A DNA stretch of 64,000 bases from assembly GCA_040079935.1 (NCBI GenBank), contig JBEBJI010000006.1:17077-81076 (forward strand), given 5' to 3'. This document shows, in pieces, positions 41,161 to 51,041 of this stretch. Position numbers and translations under genes: made by a program. The notes under the pieces were generated by a model that had not been told where the DNA came from, made no database searches, and saw nothing but the letters and a program-made list of their open reading frames with translations. The first letter of the stretch is position 1. Each line of letters opens with the position of its first letter. The stretch comes from Methylotenera sp. (GTDB lineage: Bacteria; Pseudomonadota; Gammaproteobacteria; Burkholderiales; Methylophilaceae).

Positions 41161-42933
41161 CTATTTTGGTAGTGCATAAACCAATAAAGCATCGCCTTGT
41201 TTGTAACCAAATATCGAGCTACCGCCACTCGCCACTGCGATATATTGCACGCCGTCTATGGTGTAAGTAATCGGTGGCGCGTTCACGCCAAACTCTGATT
41301 TCGCTTGCCACAACAATTCGCCAGTTTGGCTGTTATAAGCGTTAAAGTGACCGTCGCCCTCACCCATAAATACCAATCCACCTGCGGTTGCAAGCACGCC
41401 ACCAATCAACGGTTGCGCAGTTTTAGTTTGCCAAGCAATTTTTCCCGAGTTCAAATCAATGCTCGAGAGTAAGCCCCAGCGCGGGTCTTGCGTCGGCTCA
41501 CTGGCCGCATATCTAATGGCTGGAGCACCATCTTTGCTGGGCGTTTCGTGTAAGGTATATTTAATCGGGGCATGAATTGCCGCGACAAATACGCGCTGAT
41601 TGGCTTCATCCACGCTCACGGGTGACCAATTTGCGCCGCCCAAAATGCCTGGGTAACCCACCATGCCTTCAAAGGTGGCTTTTTTAAACATGTTTTGTTG
41701 CGGCACAAAGGCATCTGATTTTTTCAGCAATTTACTTGTAGCTCTATCATGAATATAGAACCAACCTGTTTTACTGGCCTGACCAACGGCGGCAATGGTT
41801 TTGCCACCTTGCTGATAATTAAATAGTACGGGTGGACTGGCTAAATCGTAGCCCCACAAATCGTGCGGCACTTGCTGATAATGCCATTTAAGCGCACCAG
41901 TGTTGACATCCAGCGCAACTAAAGACACTGTATAAAGATTATCACCTGGGCGAGAAATATCGTTCATCTGCGGACTTGGATTGCCTGTGCCAAAATAGAG
42001 CGTATCGCTTTCGCTATCTATCGCAGGCGTGCTCCAAGCCGATCCACCACCAAAGCGCGCAGAGTCTGCATATTTGGCTGCATCAGCTTTTTCTTGCGCC
42101 ACATCGCGGTTCAAGTTGATGCCATCTTCGGTTGTCTCGGTAAATTTGCCTTCCCAACCTGCATCTGGAATCGTGTCAAATTGCCACACACGCTTGCCGT
42201 TTTGCACATCGTACGCTGCCAAAAACCCTGGTCGACCAAAGCGTCCAGCCACGCCGATAACCGCGCCTAGCGGCGCATCTGCTGTCGGGTTATCAATATG
42301 CAAGCCATAACCCACGCCCGTAATACCAACAATGACTTTGCCTTTGTACACCACTGGCGCCATGGCGATGCCAATGCCCGTGCCGCCAGTCACTTTGCGC
42401 GCGCTGTTCGGGTCATCTTTATTCAACGCATCTTGACCTTCGGTAACAATTGCGCCCTCCACCACGTCAATATCCCACTCTTTCGCGCCAGTGCTCGCGT
42501 TGAGCGCAATCAAGCGTGCATCTACCGTACCAATAAATACTCTACCATTGCTAACTGCAACGCCCCTATTCGCTGGGCCACAGCACATTTTCCAATCTTT
42601 TCTGCGGTCATGCTCATAACGCCAAAGCTGCTTACCGGTTTTTGCATTCAACGCGACGACATGATTGAAAGGTAACGATAAATACATCACGCCATTTTGC
42701 ACAATCGGCGTGGCTTGGAAGCTAGCTGTGATGCCGCTTTTGTACACCCAAGCTTGCGTCAAATCTTTCACATTTTTAGTGTTTATTTGTGTGGCGGATG
42801 AAAAACGTTTGCTAGAATAATCTTGCCCGTAGCTCGGCCAGTCTTGGTTTTTAGCGCTATTTTGTTGTGTTATTTGCGTGCATGCTGTCAGCAAAGCGAA
42901 AGCGGCAATCAGTAAAGTTCTTAAACGTTTCAT
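41161..42933 (-). CDS. PQQ-dependent dehydrogenase-family lipoprotein, atypical active site
   Basis: Lipobox LTAC; WPSYG, FQATP, CCGPANRG, GTGNP, GGANW, W-motif propeller repeats; ATG at 42933. Confidence 0.9.
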   Translation of the reverse strand: MKRLRTLLIAAFALLTACTQITQQNSAKNQDWPSYGQDYSSKRFSSATQINTKNVKDLTQAWVYKSGITASFQATPIVQNGVMYLSLPFNHVVALNAKTGKQLWRYEHDRRKDWKMCCGPANRGVAVSNGRVFIGTVDARLIALNASTGAKEWDIDVVEGAIVTEGQDALNKDDPNSARKVTGGTGIGIAMAPVVYKGKVIVGITGVGYGLHIDNPTADAPLGAVIGVAGRFGRPGFLAAYDVQNGKRVWQFDTIPDAGWEGKFTETTEDGINLNRDVAQEKADAAKYADSARFGGGSAWSTPAIDSESDTLYFGTGNPSPQMNDISRPGDNLYTVSLVALDVNTGALKWHYQQVPHDLWGYDLASPPVLFNYQQGGKTIAAVGQASKTGWFYIHDRATSKLLKKSDAFVPQQNMFKKATFEGMVGYPGILGGANWSPVSVDEANQRVFVAAIHAPIKYTLHETPSKDGAPAIRYAASEPTQDPRWGLLSSIDLNSGKIAWQTKTAQPLIGGVLATAGGLVFMGEGDGHFNAYNSQTGELLWQAKSEFGVNAPPITYTIDGVQYIAVASGGSSIFGYKQGDALLVYALPK

Positions 42934-43050
42934 CGAGGATTCCAATCAATTTACTATACAAGTTAGTATATACCGAGTATGTTAAAGTTTCCAAGCGGTT
43001 TCAAGCTAAAATATGCATTACTTACTAAAATAAATCATTCGCTAAGTCAC

Positions 43051-43746
43051 ATGCAATATTCATCTATAAAATGGATTAATAATCAACCATATTCAATTGA
43101 TTTTAATGATATTTATTTTAATTCAGAAGATGGTTTAGCAGAAACTGAATACGTATTTGTTGAAAAAAATCAGCTCAAACAACGTTTTGCCATGCTTAAT
43201 AATAAAACTTTCACCATCATTGAAACTGGCTTTGGTACAGGCTTAAATTTTTTAGCAGTTGCCGCTCACTGGCTAGCATTGGCGCCACCTAATGCCATTT
43301 TGCATTACATCAGTATCGAAAAATTTCCGCTAAATTTGGACGATTTACGTCGCGCGCACGCAACTTGGCCGCAGTTTGCAGAAATTTCACATGAGTTTTT
43401 GCAACATTATACCAATTTAAAAGCTGGAAATAACCAAATAAGCATGCCTGAAATCCGCATGGATATTAGCTTGCAGGTCGGCGATGTTTTAACTGTTTTA
43501 AAAAAAATACAAAGCAAAGCAGACGCTTGGTTGTTAGATGGTTTTGCGCCCGCAAAGAATGCTGATATGTGGTCGCCAGAGGTATTTGCGCAAATGGCAA
43601 GATTATCAAAAAACCGCACAACATTTGCCACATTCACGAGCGCTGGCGATGTGCGCAGAGGTTTGGAGAATGCAGGATTTAAGATTGAAAAGCACGCGGG
43701 TTTTGGCAAAAAACGTGAAATGCTAAGTGGGAAATTTTTAGGGTGA
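43051..43746 (+). CDS. mnmD: tRNA mnm5s2U methyltransferase (MnmD / MnmC N-half)
   Basis: FNDIYFN, ETGFGTGLNF, DAWLLDGFAP, GFGKKREML. Confidence 0.92.
   Translation: MQYSSIKWINNQPYSIDFNDIYFNSEDGLAETEYVFVEKNQLKQRFAMLNNKTFTIIETGFGTGLNFLAVAAHWLALAPPNAILHYISIEKFPLNLDDLRRAHATWPQFAEISHEFLQHYTNLKAGNNQISMPEIRMDISLQVGDVLTVLKKIQSKADAWLLDGFAPAKNADMWSPEVFAQMARLSKNRTTFATFTSAGDVRRGLENAGFKIEKHAGFGKKREMLSGKFLG
43443..43481 (+). repeat. 39-bp repeat, copy inside mnmD
   Basis: CATGCCTGAAATCC GCATGGATATT AGCTTGCAGGTCGG (MPEIRMDISLQV). Confidence 0.75.
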
Positions 43747-44915
43747 AAACAGCGATTGTCATCGGCGGCGGCATCGCGGGTTGCAGCACTGCTTATTTTC
43801 TCTCTCAGCGCGGCGTCCCAGTGACACTCGTCGAACGTCACGAAAATCTAGCGCAGGAAGCATCGGGCAACCCTATTGCAGTGCTTTACCCTAAATTTAG
43901 CACCAAGCCAGATGCCTCAACTTTATTGGCGTTGCAAGGTTTTGAGTTCACTTTAAACTTGCTTAAAAACCTGCCAAATTCTACCGATTTTTTTAATGCC
44001 TGCGGCATCATTCAACTGGCTTTTAACGCACGCGAGCAAGCTCGTCAGTTAGCGCTTGGCGACAATCAATATGCGAAATTAATTGATGCAAATGCAGCAA
44101 CAAAAATCGCGGGTATTGTCTTGAAAACGGGTGGTTTATATTTTCCACAAGCAGGTTGGGTTAAGCCGCAAGCCTTATGCGAAAAGCTTTGCAACCATGC
44201 GCTGATTACAAAAATGACTTCTACTAGCGCATTGACTATTAAAAAAAGCGAATTAGGATGGCAAGTGAATGATGTGCTTTTGGCAGATATTGTGGTGATT
44301 TGCAACGCCAACGATGTGCAGCAATTTGCGCAGTATAGAAGCGCGAAAATCACGCCTATGCGTGGGCAAGTCAACTTTTTTGCAGAAAATGCGCAAAGCA
44401 AAAATATCAAGACAATTATTTGCAGCGATCACTACCTAAGCCCCGCGGTTGCTGGTTGGCACGCGATTGGCACCAGTTACGCGCCGAACGATTTAAACCA
44501 GAATATTAGTGAGTCTGATACGCGCGAAAATTTAAATGCATTGCGCAAAATGGCGCCCGAAATTGCCGAAGGTTTAGCCATAGACACCATAAAAAGTCGC
44601 GTTGCTTGGCGTAGCCAAACCCTAGATTACATACCACTTGCAGGGCGATTAATTAATGAAGAAATATTACGCAACAATCCACCACGCTTTAACGTTAATC
44701 CTGCCGATTTGCCTTGGTATGACGGCTTGTATGTGAATGCGGGGCATGGCTCTAAAGGCATGATTACCGCGCCGATTTGCGGCGAATTGATTGCCAGTTT
44801 AGCCACTAACAGCGATTTACCAATTGAGCCAAAACTCGCATCTAAGTTAAACCCCAGTCGATTCTTGTTGCGCGAATTTGGCGCAAAACTGTTAGCAAAT
44901 TCGCTGTACAAATAG
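43743..44915 (+). CDS. mnmC: FAD-dependent cmnm5s2U oxidoreductase (MnmC C-half)
   Basis: IVIGGGIAG, EASGNP, RGQV, GHGSKG; 4-nt overlap with mnmD. Confidence 0.9.
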   Translation: MKTAIVIGGGIAGCSTAYFLSQRGVPVTLVERHENLAQEASGNPIAVLYPKFSTKPDASTLLALQGFEFTLNLLKNLPNSTDFFNACGIIQLAFNAREQARQLALGDNQYAKLIDANAATKIAGIVLKTGGLYFPQAGWVKPQALCEKLCNHALITKMTSTSALTIKKSELGWQVNDVLLADIVVICNANDVQQFAQYRSAKITPMRGQVNFFAENAQSKNIKTIICSDHYLSPAVAGWHAIGTSYAPNDLNQNISESDTRENLNALRKMAPEIAEGLAIDTIKSRVAWRSQTLDYIPLAGRLINEEILRNNPPRFNVNPADLPWYDGLYVNAGHGSKGMITAPICGELIASLATNSDLPIEPKLASKLNPSRFLLREFGAKLLANSLYK

Positions 44916-44928
44916 TTTAAAATGCACC

Positions 44929-46818
44929 ATGCAGAATGTGAATGAACTCTTAGCCAAAGCAAAACAAGACGAGTTGCAAGGCAACATCCATGCAGCTCTT
45001 GGCGCATATCAACAAGTGCTTCTACAACATCCTGACGAGCTTAATTTGCACGCCATTTGTGGCAACTTGTGTGTGCAACTGCAGCAATTTGAAGAAGCTG
45101 CAGGTTATTTTCGGCGCATTTTTAGCGCAGATAATAAAAATCTCGACGTACGCAATGCCTTGTGTTTTTCACTACAAGCACTTGGAAATCAAGCACATAG
45201 CACAGGAAATTTTGCGTTAGCCGAGGCGTGCTTTCATGAGGCTACGCAGCATCAGCTTGGCAATGCAGTTTATTGGTACAACTTGGGCAATGCGCAGCGC
45301 GAGCTGGGCAAGCCCGAAAAAGCGCTAGCCAGCTTTACTCAATCACTAAAATTTGACGCAAACGATGCCGATGCACACAATAATTTAGGGAATGTGCAAC
45401 GCGAGCTTGGCCAATTAGACAAGGCAATTGCCAGCTACAAAATCGCCCTGCAGCTCAACCCCCGCCTGCATCACGCGCTGGCGCACTTGGTGCATCAAAA
45501 GCAACATATTTGCGATTGGGAAGATTTAGATGCGCAAATTTTGCAACTGCGAAACCTAGTCAAAATCGAGCCGAGCGCGCAGATTTCGCCGTTTGCTTTT
45601 CTCGCCATGTCAGGCACAACGGCGCAAGAGCAAAAACAATGCGCCAGTAATTATGCAAATAATACTTTAAAAGCATGGCCTGTAAGCCGCATGGATATTG
45701 GCTCGCAGGGCATAAAAAATAGAAACTATAAACTTAAAGTTGGTTATTTTTCGGCTGATTTTAGGCTGCATCCGCTGGCTTTTTTAATCACCGAGTTGAT
45801 AGAAAAACACGATCGAAACCAATTTAAAATCTTCGCCTACTCTTACGGAAAAAATGACAAAACTCCAACGCGCAAGCGGCTTGAGAAGGCATTTGACCAC
45901 TTTATCGACATCACGAATTTGAACGATGTTGAAGCCGTGAAAAAAATTCGCAACGACGAAATTGATATTTTGATTGATTTAACGGGTTACACGCAAAGCA
46001 GCCGCAGCGGTATCGTCGCGCTTAAACCAGCGCATATTCACATCAATTGGCTGGGCTTTCCCGGAACGATGGGCGAGCTAGCTGGCAAGCCACTATTTGA
46101 TTACTTGCTGGCCGATGAGAGTGTCGCGCCGAATGCTAAAGATTTTAGCGAAAAATTATTATATATACGTTGTTATCAACCGAACGATAGTATTCGGCCA
46201 ACTAGCAAGCCTGCAACCCGCATGGATATTGGGTTACAAGGCAATGATTTTGTATTTTGTTGCTTTAACCAAACTTTTAAAATTACCGCAGAAGTGTTTG
46301 CCGCGTGGATGCGCATTTTAAAACAAACGCCAAACGGCGTGCTTTGGCTGCTTGAATGTAACCAATGGGCAAAAGCCAATCTGCAAGCGGCCGCCGAGCG
46401 TGCAGGCGTTAATAAAAATCGCTTAATTTTTGCGCCACGCGTGCCAATCGCCGAACATTTAGCGCGCCATGTTCACGCGGATTTATTCCTCGACACCCTG
46501 CCCTACAATGCCCACACCACGGCTAGCGACGCGCTTTTTATGCGCTTGCCTCTGCTCACTTGCATGGGTGAAACGTTTGCCAGCCGCGTGGCGGCGAGCT
46601 TGTTGCAAAGCGTGAATATGCCTGAACTCATCACGCAGGATTTGGCAGAATACGAAACCAAAGCGCTAGATTTAGTGCAAAACCCTAAGAAATTAGCACA
46701 ATTAAAACTGAAATTAAATATCGAAATTGAAAAATCCAACTTATTTAATCCAACGCAATTTGCGCGCGATTTGGAGAGTATATTTTTAGATGTGGTTAAT
46801 AAACAAAAGACTATGTAA
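44929..46818 (+). CDS. TPR-containing GT41 (O-GlcNAc transferase/SPINDLY-like) glycosyltransferase
   Basis: TPRs, VGYFSADFRLHP, IDLTGYT, FCCFNQTFK, LFLDTLPYNAHTTASDAL. Confidence 0.92.
   Translation: MQNVNELLAKAKQDELQGNIHAALGAYQQVLLQHPDELNLHAICGNLCVQLQQFEEAAGYFRRIFSADNKNLDVRNALCFSLQALGNQAHSTGNFALAEACFHEATQHQLGNAVYWYNLGNAQRELGKPEKALASFTQSLKFDANDADAHNNLGNVQRELGQLDKAIASYKIALQLNPRLHHALAHLVHQKQHICDWEDLDAQILQLRNLVKIEPSAQISPFAFLAMSGTTAQEQKQCASNYANNTLKAWPVSRMDIGSQGIKNRNYKLKVGYFSADFRLHPLAFLITELIEKHDRNQFKIFAYSYGKNDKTPTRKRLEKAFDHFIDITNLNDVEAVKKIRNDEIDILIDLTGYTQSSRSGIVALKPAHIHINWLGFPGTMGELAGKPLFDYLLADESVAPNAKDFSEKLLYIRCYQPNDSIRPTSKPATRMDIGLQGNDFVFCCFNQTFKITAEVFAAWMRILKQTPNGVLWLLECNQWAKANLQAAAERAGVNKNRLIFAPRVPIAEHLARHVHADLFLDTLPYNAHTTASDALFMRLPLLTCMGETFASRVAASLLQSVNMPELITQDLAEYETKALDLVQNPKKLAQLKLKLNIEIEKSNLFNPTQFARDLESIFLDVVNKQKTM
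45675..45713 (+). repeat. 39-bp repeat, near-perfect copy inside GT41 gene
   Basis: ATGGCCTGTAAGCC GCATGGATATT GGCTCGCAGGGCAT (WPVSRMDIGSQG). Confidence 0.9.
46206..46244 (+). repeat. 39-bp repeat, second copy inside GT41 gene
   Basis: CAAGCCTGCAACCC GCATGGATATT GGGTTACAAGGCAA (KPATRMDIGLQG). Confidence 0.85.
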
Positions 46819-46870
46819 CATTTCTAAAGTTTGTGATAAAGTAAAACAACGTTGAACGATAGGAAAACTC

Positions 46871-47965
46871 ATGGCTGCAATTGATATTACCCCAGTGTTG
46901 AAATACATGACCGATAAAGGTGGTTCAGACCTATTTTTCAGTACAGCGGCGGCGATTCACATGGAGATTGAGGGCGAAACCACACCCGTTAATAGTCAGA
47001 TTATGATGCCAGGCATGATTAAAGAAATCGCTTATTCGATTATGTCGCCCGCGCAAATCGCAGAATTTGAAGAAACCTTAGAGTGTAACTTTGCTATCGG
47101 ACGTAAAGATATTGGTCGTTTCCGCATTAACATTTTCAGGCAACGCGGCGAAGTTGGTATGGTGATTCGCCATATTAAAACCGAGATTCCAGATTTTGAT
47201 ATGCTGGGATTGCCGAATATTCTGCACGATTTAATTATGCGCAAACGTGGGCTGGTGCTTGTTGTTGGCGCGACTGGCTCGGGCAAGTCGACTACACTGG
47301 CCTCGATGATTGATTATCGCAATGCCAACGAAAGCGGACACATTATCACCATTGAAGACCCGATTGAATTTGTCTATCAACATAAAAAATCGGTTGTGGA
47401 TCAGCGCGAGGTCGGCATAGACACGCACTCTTTCGAAAATGCTTTAAAAAACGCCATGCGCCAAGCGCCAGACGTTATTTTGATTGGCGAAGTGCGCGAT
47501 ATGCATGGTATGCAACAAGCGCTGGCCTACGCTGAAACAGGTCATTTGTGCCTCGCCACTTTGCATGCAAATAACGCCAATCAGGCGTTGGAACGCATTA
47601 TTTCGTTCTTCCCCACTGAGGCCAAACATGGCTTGTTACTTGGCATTTCGCTCAATTTAGTTGGCATTGTCTCGCAACGATTAATTCCAGGAAAAATACA
47701 AAAGCGCGTTGCTGCGGTGGAAGTGATGATTAATACGCCGTACGTTGCCGAGTTGATACAAAAACAAAAGCTAGGCGAGATGAAAGAGATTATGGCCGAC
47801 AACAATGACATCGGCATGAACACCTTTGATCAAGCCTTATTTAGATTGTTTAGCAACGGCAAAATTGATGAAGAAAACGCGCTTGCAAATGCCGATTCGC
47901 GTAACGATTTGTCGCTAAAAATGCGTTTTGCCTCAGAAGGTGCGGCTGGCGGTTTCGGCGGCTAG
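46871..47965 (+). CDS. pilU: Type IV pilus retraction ATPase, PilU-like
   Basis: GATGSGKST, TIEDPIE, QREVGIDT, IGEVRD, TLHANNA. Confidence 0.85.
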   Translation: MAAIDITPVLKYMTDKGGSDLFFSTAAAIHMEIEGETTPVNSQIMMPGMIKEIAYSIMSPAQIAEFEETLECNFAIGRKDIGRFRINIFRQRGEVGMVIRHIKTEIPDFDMLGLPNILHDLIMRKRGLVLVVGATGSGKSTTLASMIDYRNANESGHIITIEDPIEFVYQHKKSVVDQREVGIDTHSFENALKNAMRQAPDVILIGEVRDMHGMQQALAYAETGHLCLATLHANNANQALERIISFFPTEAKHGLLLGISLNLVGIVSQRLIPGKIQKRVAAVEVMINTPYVAELIQKQKLGEMKEIMADNNDIGMNTFDQALFRLFSNGKIDEENALANADSRNDLSLKMRFASEGAAGGFGG

Positions 47966-47979
47966 CGTTTAGTTAATTT

Positions 47980-48861
47980 TTAGTCTTTGTGATTAAACGC
48001 AGCAATTAACGCCGCCGCAATAATCAGGCTGCCGCCTATCCATTCATTTAAGCTCATCACCTCGTGCGCCAAATAGTACGAGGCAAATGCAGCGACTACT
48101 AGCTCAAACAAAAACAACACAGAAGCGCGAATAGCGGTGAGCTGCGTCAAGCCAAACTGCACAGAAATCGTCACCATGAATAAAAATATGGCGACCAAGC
48201 CCATCATCAACCAACTATCTAAACTAATTTGGTTGGGATTAGGAAAGCTACTGGTTAAGAATGGCGTAAAAATCAAGGCCACGCTCATCACGCCAATCCA
48301 TGTTGCAAACGATTTGGCGCGAATGGTTAAATGATTCGATTTTCGCGTAATGATATTGGCAAAAGCAAATCCTATGCCGGCCGACAATGCGAGCCACTCA
48401 GCCGAATTTTGTGGAATTGGCCAGCGATTCGCAATATCACTAAAAGGCCCAGCAAGCATAATATATGCGCCTGTCAGAGCAATCGAAATCGAAATATAGC
48501 CAACTCTGGTAATCGGTTCCTTCAGCCAAAAGCGCGCTAACAGCAGCGTCCACAGCGGCGATAGATAAAACAGCAACATGATGCGCATCACTTCGCCATC
48601 AATCACAGATATCACATAACTAATATTGGCCCAGCCCGCAGCCAAACTTAGCCAGAAAATGCTTTTTGGTTGCGCAAAAATTCCGCGCCAATGCTTGCCA
48701 AAATAGATGACACCAATCACCAAGGCCATGCCGTAGGTGTAAAAGCTAGAAGCGGCGCCAGAAACGCCTGCTTCGGCCAGCAAGCGATAGGGATACCAAA
48801 TCACGCCCCAGGCTGAGGCGCCAAATAGCAAGCCAAATATTGCCAAAAAGTTTCTATTCAC
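47980..48861 (-). CDS. EamA/DMT-family transporter
   Basis: About 10 TM helices in two repeats; LLFYLSPLW, LFELVVA. Confidence 0.85.
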   Translation of the reverse strand: MNRNFLAIFGLLFGASAWGVIWYPYRLLAEAGVSGAASSFYTYGMALVIGVIYFGKHWRGIFAQPKSIFWLSLAAGWANISYVISVIDGEVMRIMLLFYLSPLWTLLLARFWLKEPITRVGYISISIALTGAYIMLAGPFSDIANRWPIPQNSAEWLALSAGIGFAFANIITRKSNHLTIRAKSFATWIGVMSVALIFTPFLTSSFPNPNQISLDSWLMMGLVAIFLFMVTISVQFGLTQLTAIRASVLFLFELVVAAFASYYLAHEVMSLNEWIGGSLIIAAALIAAFNHKD

Positions 48862-48879
48862 ACGACTTCCTAAATTATA

Positions 48880-50070
48880 ATGTGGCCTATGAATCCAAAT
48901 CTCAATCTACTACAGGCCTACCCGTTTCAACGCCTGCGCGAATTATTTGCAGGCATTACGCCAAATCCTGCTTATTCTGCCATTAACCTATCCATTGGTG
49001 AGCCTAAACACGCCACGCCACAGCTGATTAAAGACGCGCTGACACAGAATTTAGCAGGTTTGGCTACATACCCCACAACTATCGGCAGTTTGGCGCTTAG
49101 AGAGGCCATTTCAGCGTGGATTGCACGTCGTTACAATATTGCCGCGCCGAATCCTGAAAACGCGATTTTACCAGTGAATGGCAGTCGCGAGGCGCTATTT
49201 GCGTTTGCGCAGGTAGTGATTGATAGCACAAAGCCGAATCCAATCGTCATTTCGCCTAATCCTTTTTACCAAATTTACGAAGGCGCAGCGTTTTTGGCAG
49301 GCGCCCAGCCCTACTTTTTAAATACTTCGCCTGAAAATAATCACGCGATGGATTTTGAAAGCGTGCCAGTAGATATATTAAAGCGCGCGCAACTGGTATA
49401 TGTATGTAGCCCTGGCAACCCGTCTGGCAAGGTGATGAGCCTTGCACAGTGGAAAACGCTATTTGAATTATCAGACAAATATGGCTTTGTGATTGCGGCA
49501 GACGAATGTTATTCAGAAATTTATTTTGACGAAAATAACCCACCATTAGGTGCCCTGCAGGCCGCATCCCTATTGGCTCGCAGTCATGCCAATTTAATCG
49601 TTTTTGGCTCGCTTTCCAAGCGTTCCAACGTGCCAGGTATGCGCTCCGGCTTTGTGGCGGGCGATGAAAGAATCATCGAGAAATTCACGTTGTACCGCAC
49701 CTATCACGGTTGCGCGATGAGCCCGACCGTGCAAGCTGCGTCAATCGCCGCATGGAACGATGAAGCGCACGTGATTGAAAATCGCCGACTTTACGCAGAA
49801 AAATTTAACGCCGTAACGCCAATGTTAAGTAAAGTTTTGGAAGTTGAAATGCCTGATGCAGCATTTTATTTGTGGGCGCGCAGCAAAGAAAGCGACACAG
49901 CACTTGCAGTAAAACTTTATCGTGACTTCAATATTACCGTGCTACCCGGCAGCTATTTGGCGCGCGAGGCGCATGGCGAAAACCCAGGTAAAAATTTCAT
50001 CCGCATGGCACTGGTTGCGAGCTTGGAAGAATGCGCTGAAGCCGCCAATAGAATTAATAAATTACTTTAA
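48880..50070 (+). CDS. dapC: Succinyldiaminopimelate transaminase
   Basis: SIGEPKH, NGSREAL, CSPGNP, ADECYSE, SLSKRS. Confidence 0.93.
   Translation: MWPMNPNLNLLQAYPFQRLRELFAGITPNPAYSAINLSIGEPKHATPQLIKDALTQNLAGLATYPTTIGSLALREAISAWIARRYNIAAPNPENAILPVNGSREALFAFAQVVIDSTKPNPIVISPNPFYQIYEGAAFLAGAQPYFLNTSPENNHAMDFESVPVDILKRAQLVYVCSPGNPSGKVMSLAQWKTLFELSDKYGFVIAADECYSEIYFDENNPPLGALQAASLLARSHANLIVFGSLSKRSNVPGMRSGFVAGDERIIEKFTLYRTYHGCAMSPTVQAASIAAWNDEAHVIENRRLYAEKFNAVTPMLSKVLEVEMPDAAFYLWARSKESDTALAVKLYRDFNITVLPGSYLAREAHGENPGKNFIRMALVASLEECAEAANRINKLL
49550..49588 (+). repeat. 39-bp repeat, copy inside dapC
   Basis: GTGCCCTGCAGGCC GCATCCCTATT GGCTCGCAGTCATG (ALQAASLLARS). Confidence 0.7.
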
Positions 50071-50084
50071 CTATTATTTTTAAG

Positions 50085-51017
50085 TTATTGTTTAATATAT
50101 TTATTATTTAATCTTACCGCAAGCGAGCTCACGCCAATCAAGGCGATGCCAATAATCACTAATGCAATAGGCCAGCCAACAGCATTAGCAAAATGCTCTG
50201 CCGTGTAATAACCGATGTAACCTAGCATCGACAGCGTGCCGACAATCAATAGCGCGCGGCTTCGCACATGCGTGCTCAAAAATATCAACAAGGCCGATAA
50301 GCCAAGGAAAGCAAGTTCTAGCGGCGAGTTTTTCACCGCATCAAACACCGACCACATTAAAATAACACCGCCGACAAAGTACCAAAATGACGCGATGGCG
50401 GCGTGTTTGGATTGCTGTAGCGCGTAGGCGATGCAGATGAGCGACGTGCCAATGATGAAACCATTAAAATTGCCGTCCCAATCCCAAATATCAAACAAAG
50501 TCCCCAGCCCAATTGCACCAAACAAAACTGTGCCAAAAGCAAGCACCGTAAGGCGTTTAGCCCAAAAAGTTGCCGCTTGCTGCACCAACATCACGCCCGC
50601 CATAAATAACAAGCCGTGACGCGCGTCACCGCCCGATGCGTATTCTTGCAGCATCACCAATATGCCTGTGGGTTGCAGCCACATGGCGCCTAAAAACAAA
50701 GGTGTAGCCGCCTTCTCGAAGCGCTTGTCAGTTAAACAGGTCAACGCCATGATAAACATCGCAAAACCTATGCCCAGCGTGACAATAACTCGCGCGGCAG
50801 AGCCGAAGTCATCCCAAAACATACTAATGAATACGCCGATGCCCGCGAATACGAATATGCCGCCAATATAAGCAAATAACTTAGAAAGTACGCTAGAAGA
50901 TGGCTTGGAAGCCAATATTGGTGCGGCCTGCAGGGCATGCTTAATTTCATCCAAGCTAATATTATTATTTTTAGCGAGTGAAATAATATCTTGCAATGCT
51001 TCTTCTTTTTGCGACAT
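50085..51017 (-). CDS. Polytopic membrane protein, DUF2157-like
   Basis: Short soluble N-terminus then about 9 TM helices, YIGGIFVFAG. Confidence 0.65.
   Translation of the reverse strand: MSQKEEALQDIISLAKNNNISLDEIKHALQAAPILASKPSSSVLSKLFAYIGGIFVFAGIGVFISMFWDDFGSAARVIVTLGIGFAMFIMALTCLTDKRFEKAATPLFLGAMWLQPTGILVMLQEYASGGDARHGLLFMAGVMLVQQAATFWAKRLTVLAFGTVLFGAIGLGTLFDIWDWDGNFNGFIIGTSLICIAYALQQSKHAAIASFWYFVGGVILMWSVFDAVKNSPLELAFLGLSALLIFLSTHVRSRALLIVGTLSMLGYIGYYTAEHFANAVGWPIALVIIGIALIGVSSLAVRLNNKYIKQ
50900..50938 (-). repeat. 39-bp repeat, copy inside DUF2157-like gene
   Basis: ATGGCTTGGAAGCC AATATTGGTGC GGCCTGCAGGGCAT (HALQAAPILASKP). Confidence 0.7.
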
Positions 51018-51041
51018 GGCTTGCTCCCTATTTCTACACGC

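Noticed and set aside
42979-44915. Split mnmC as a frameshift pseudogene
   Set aside because: Clean GTGA stop/start overlap with both halves complete; separate MnmD and oxidase genes are known.
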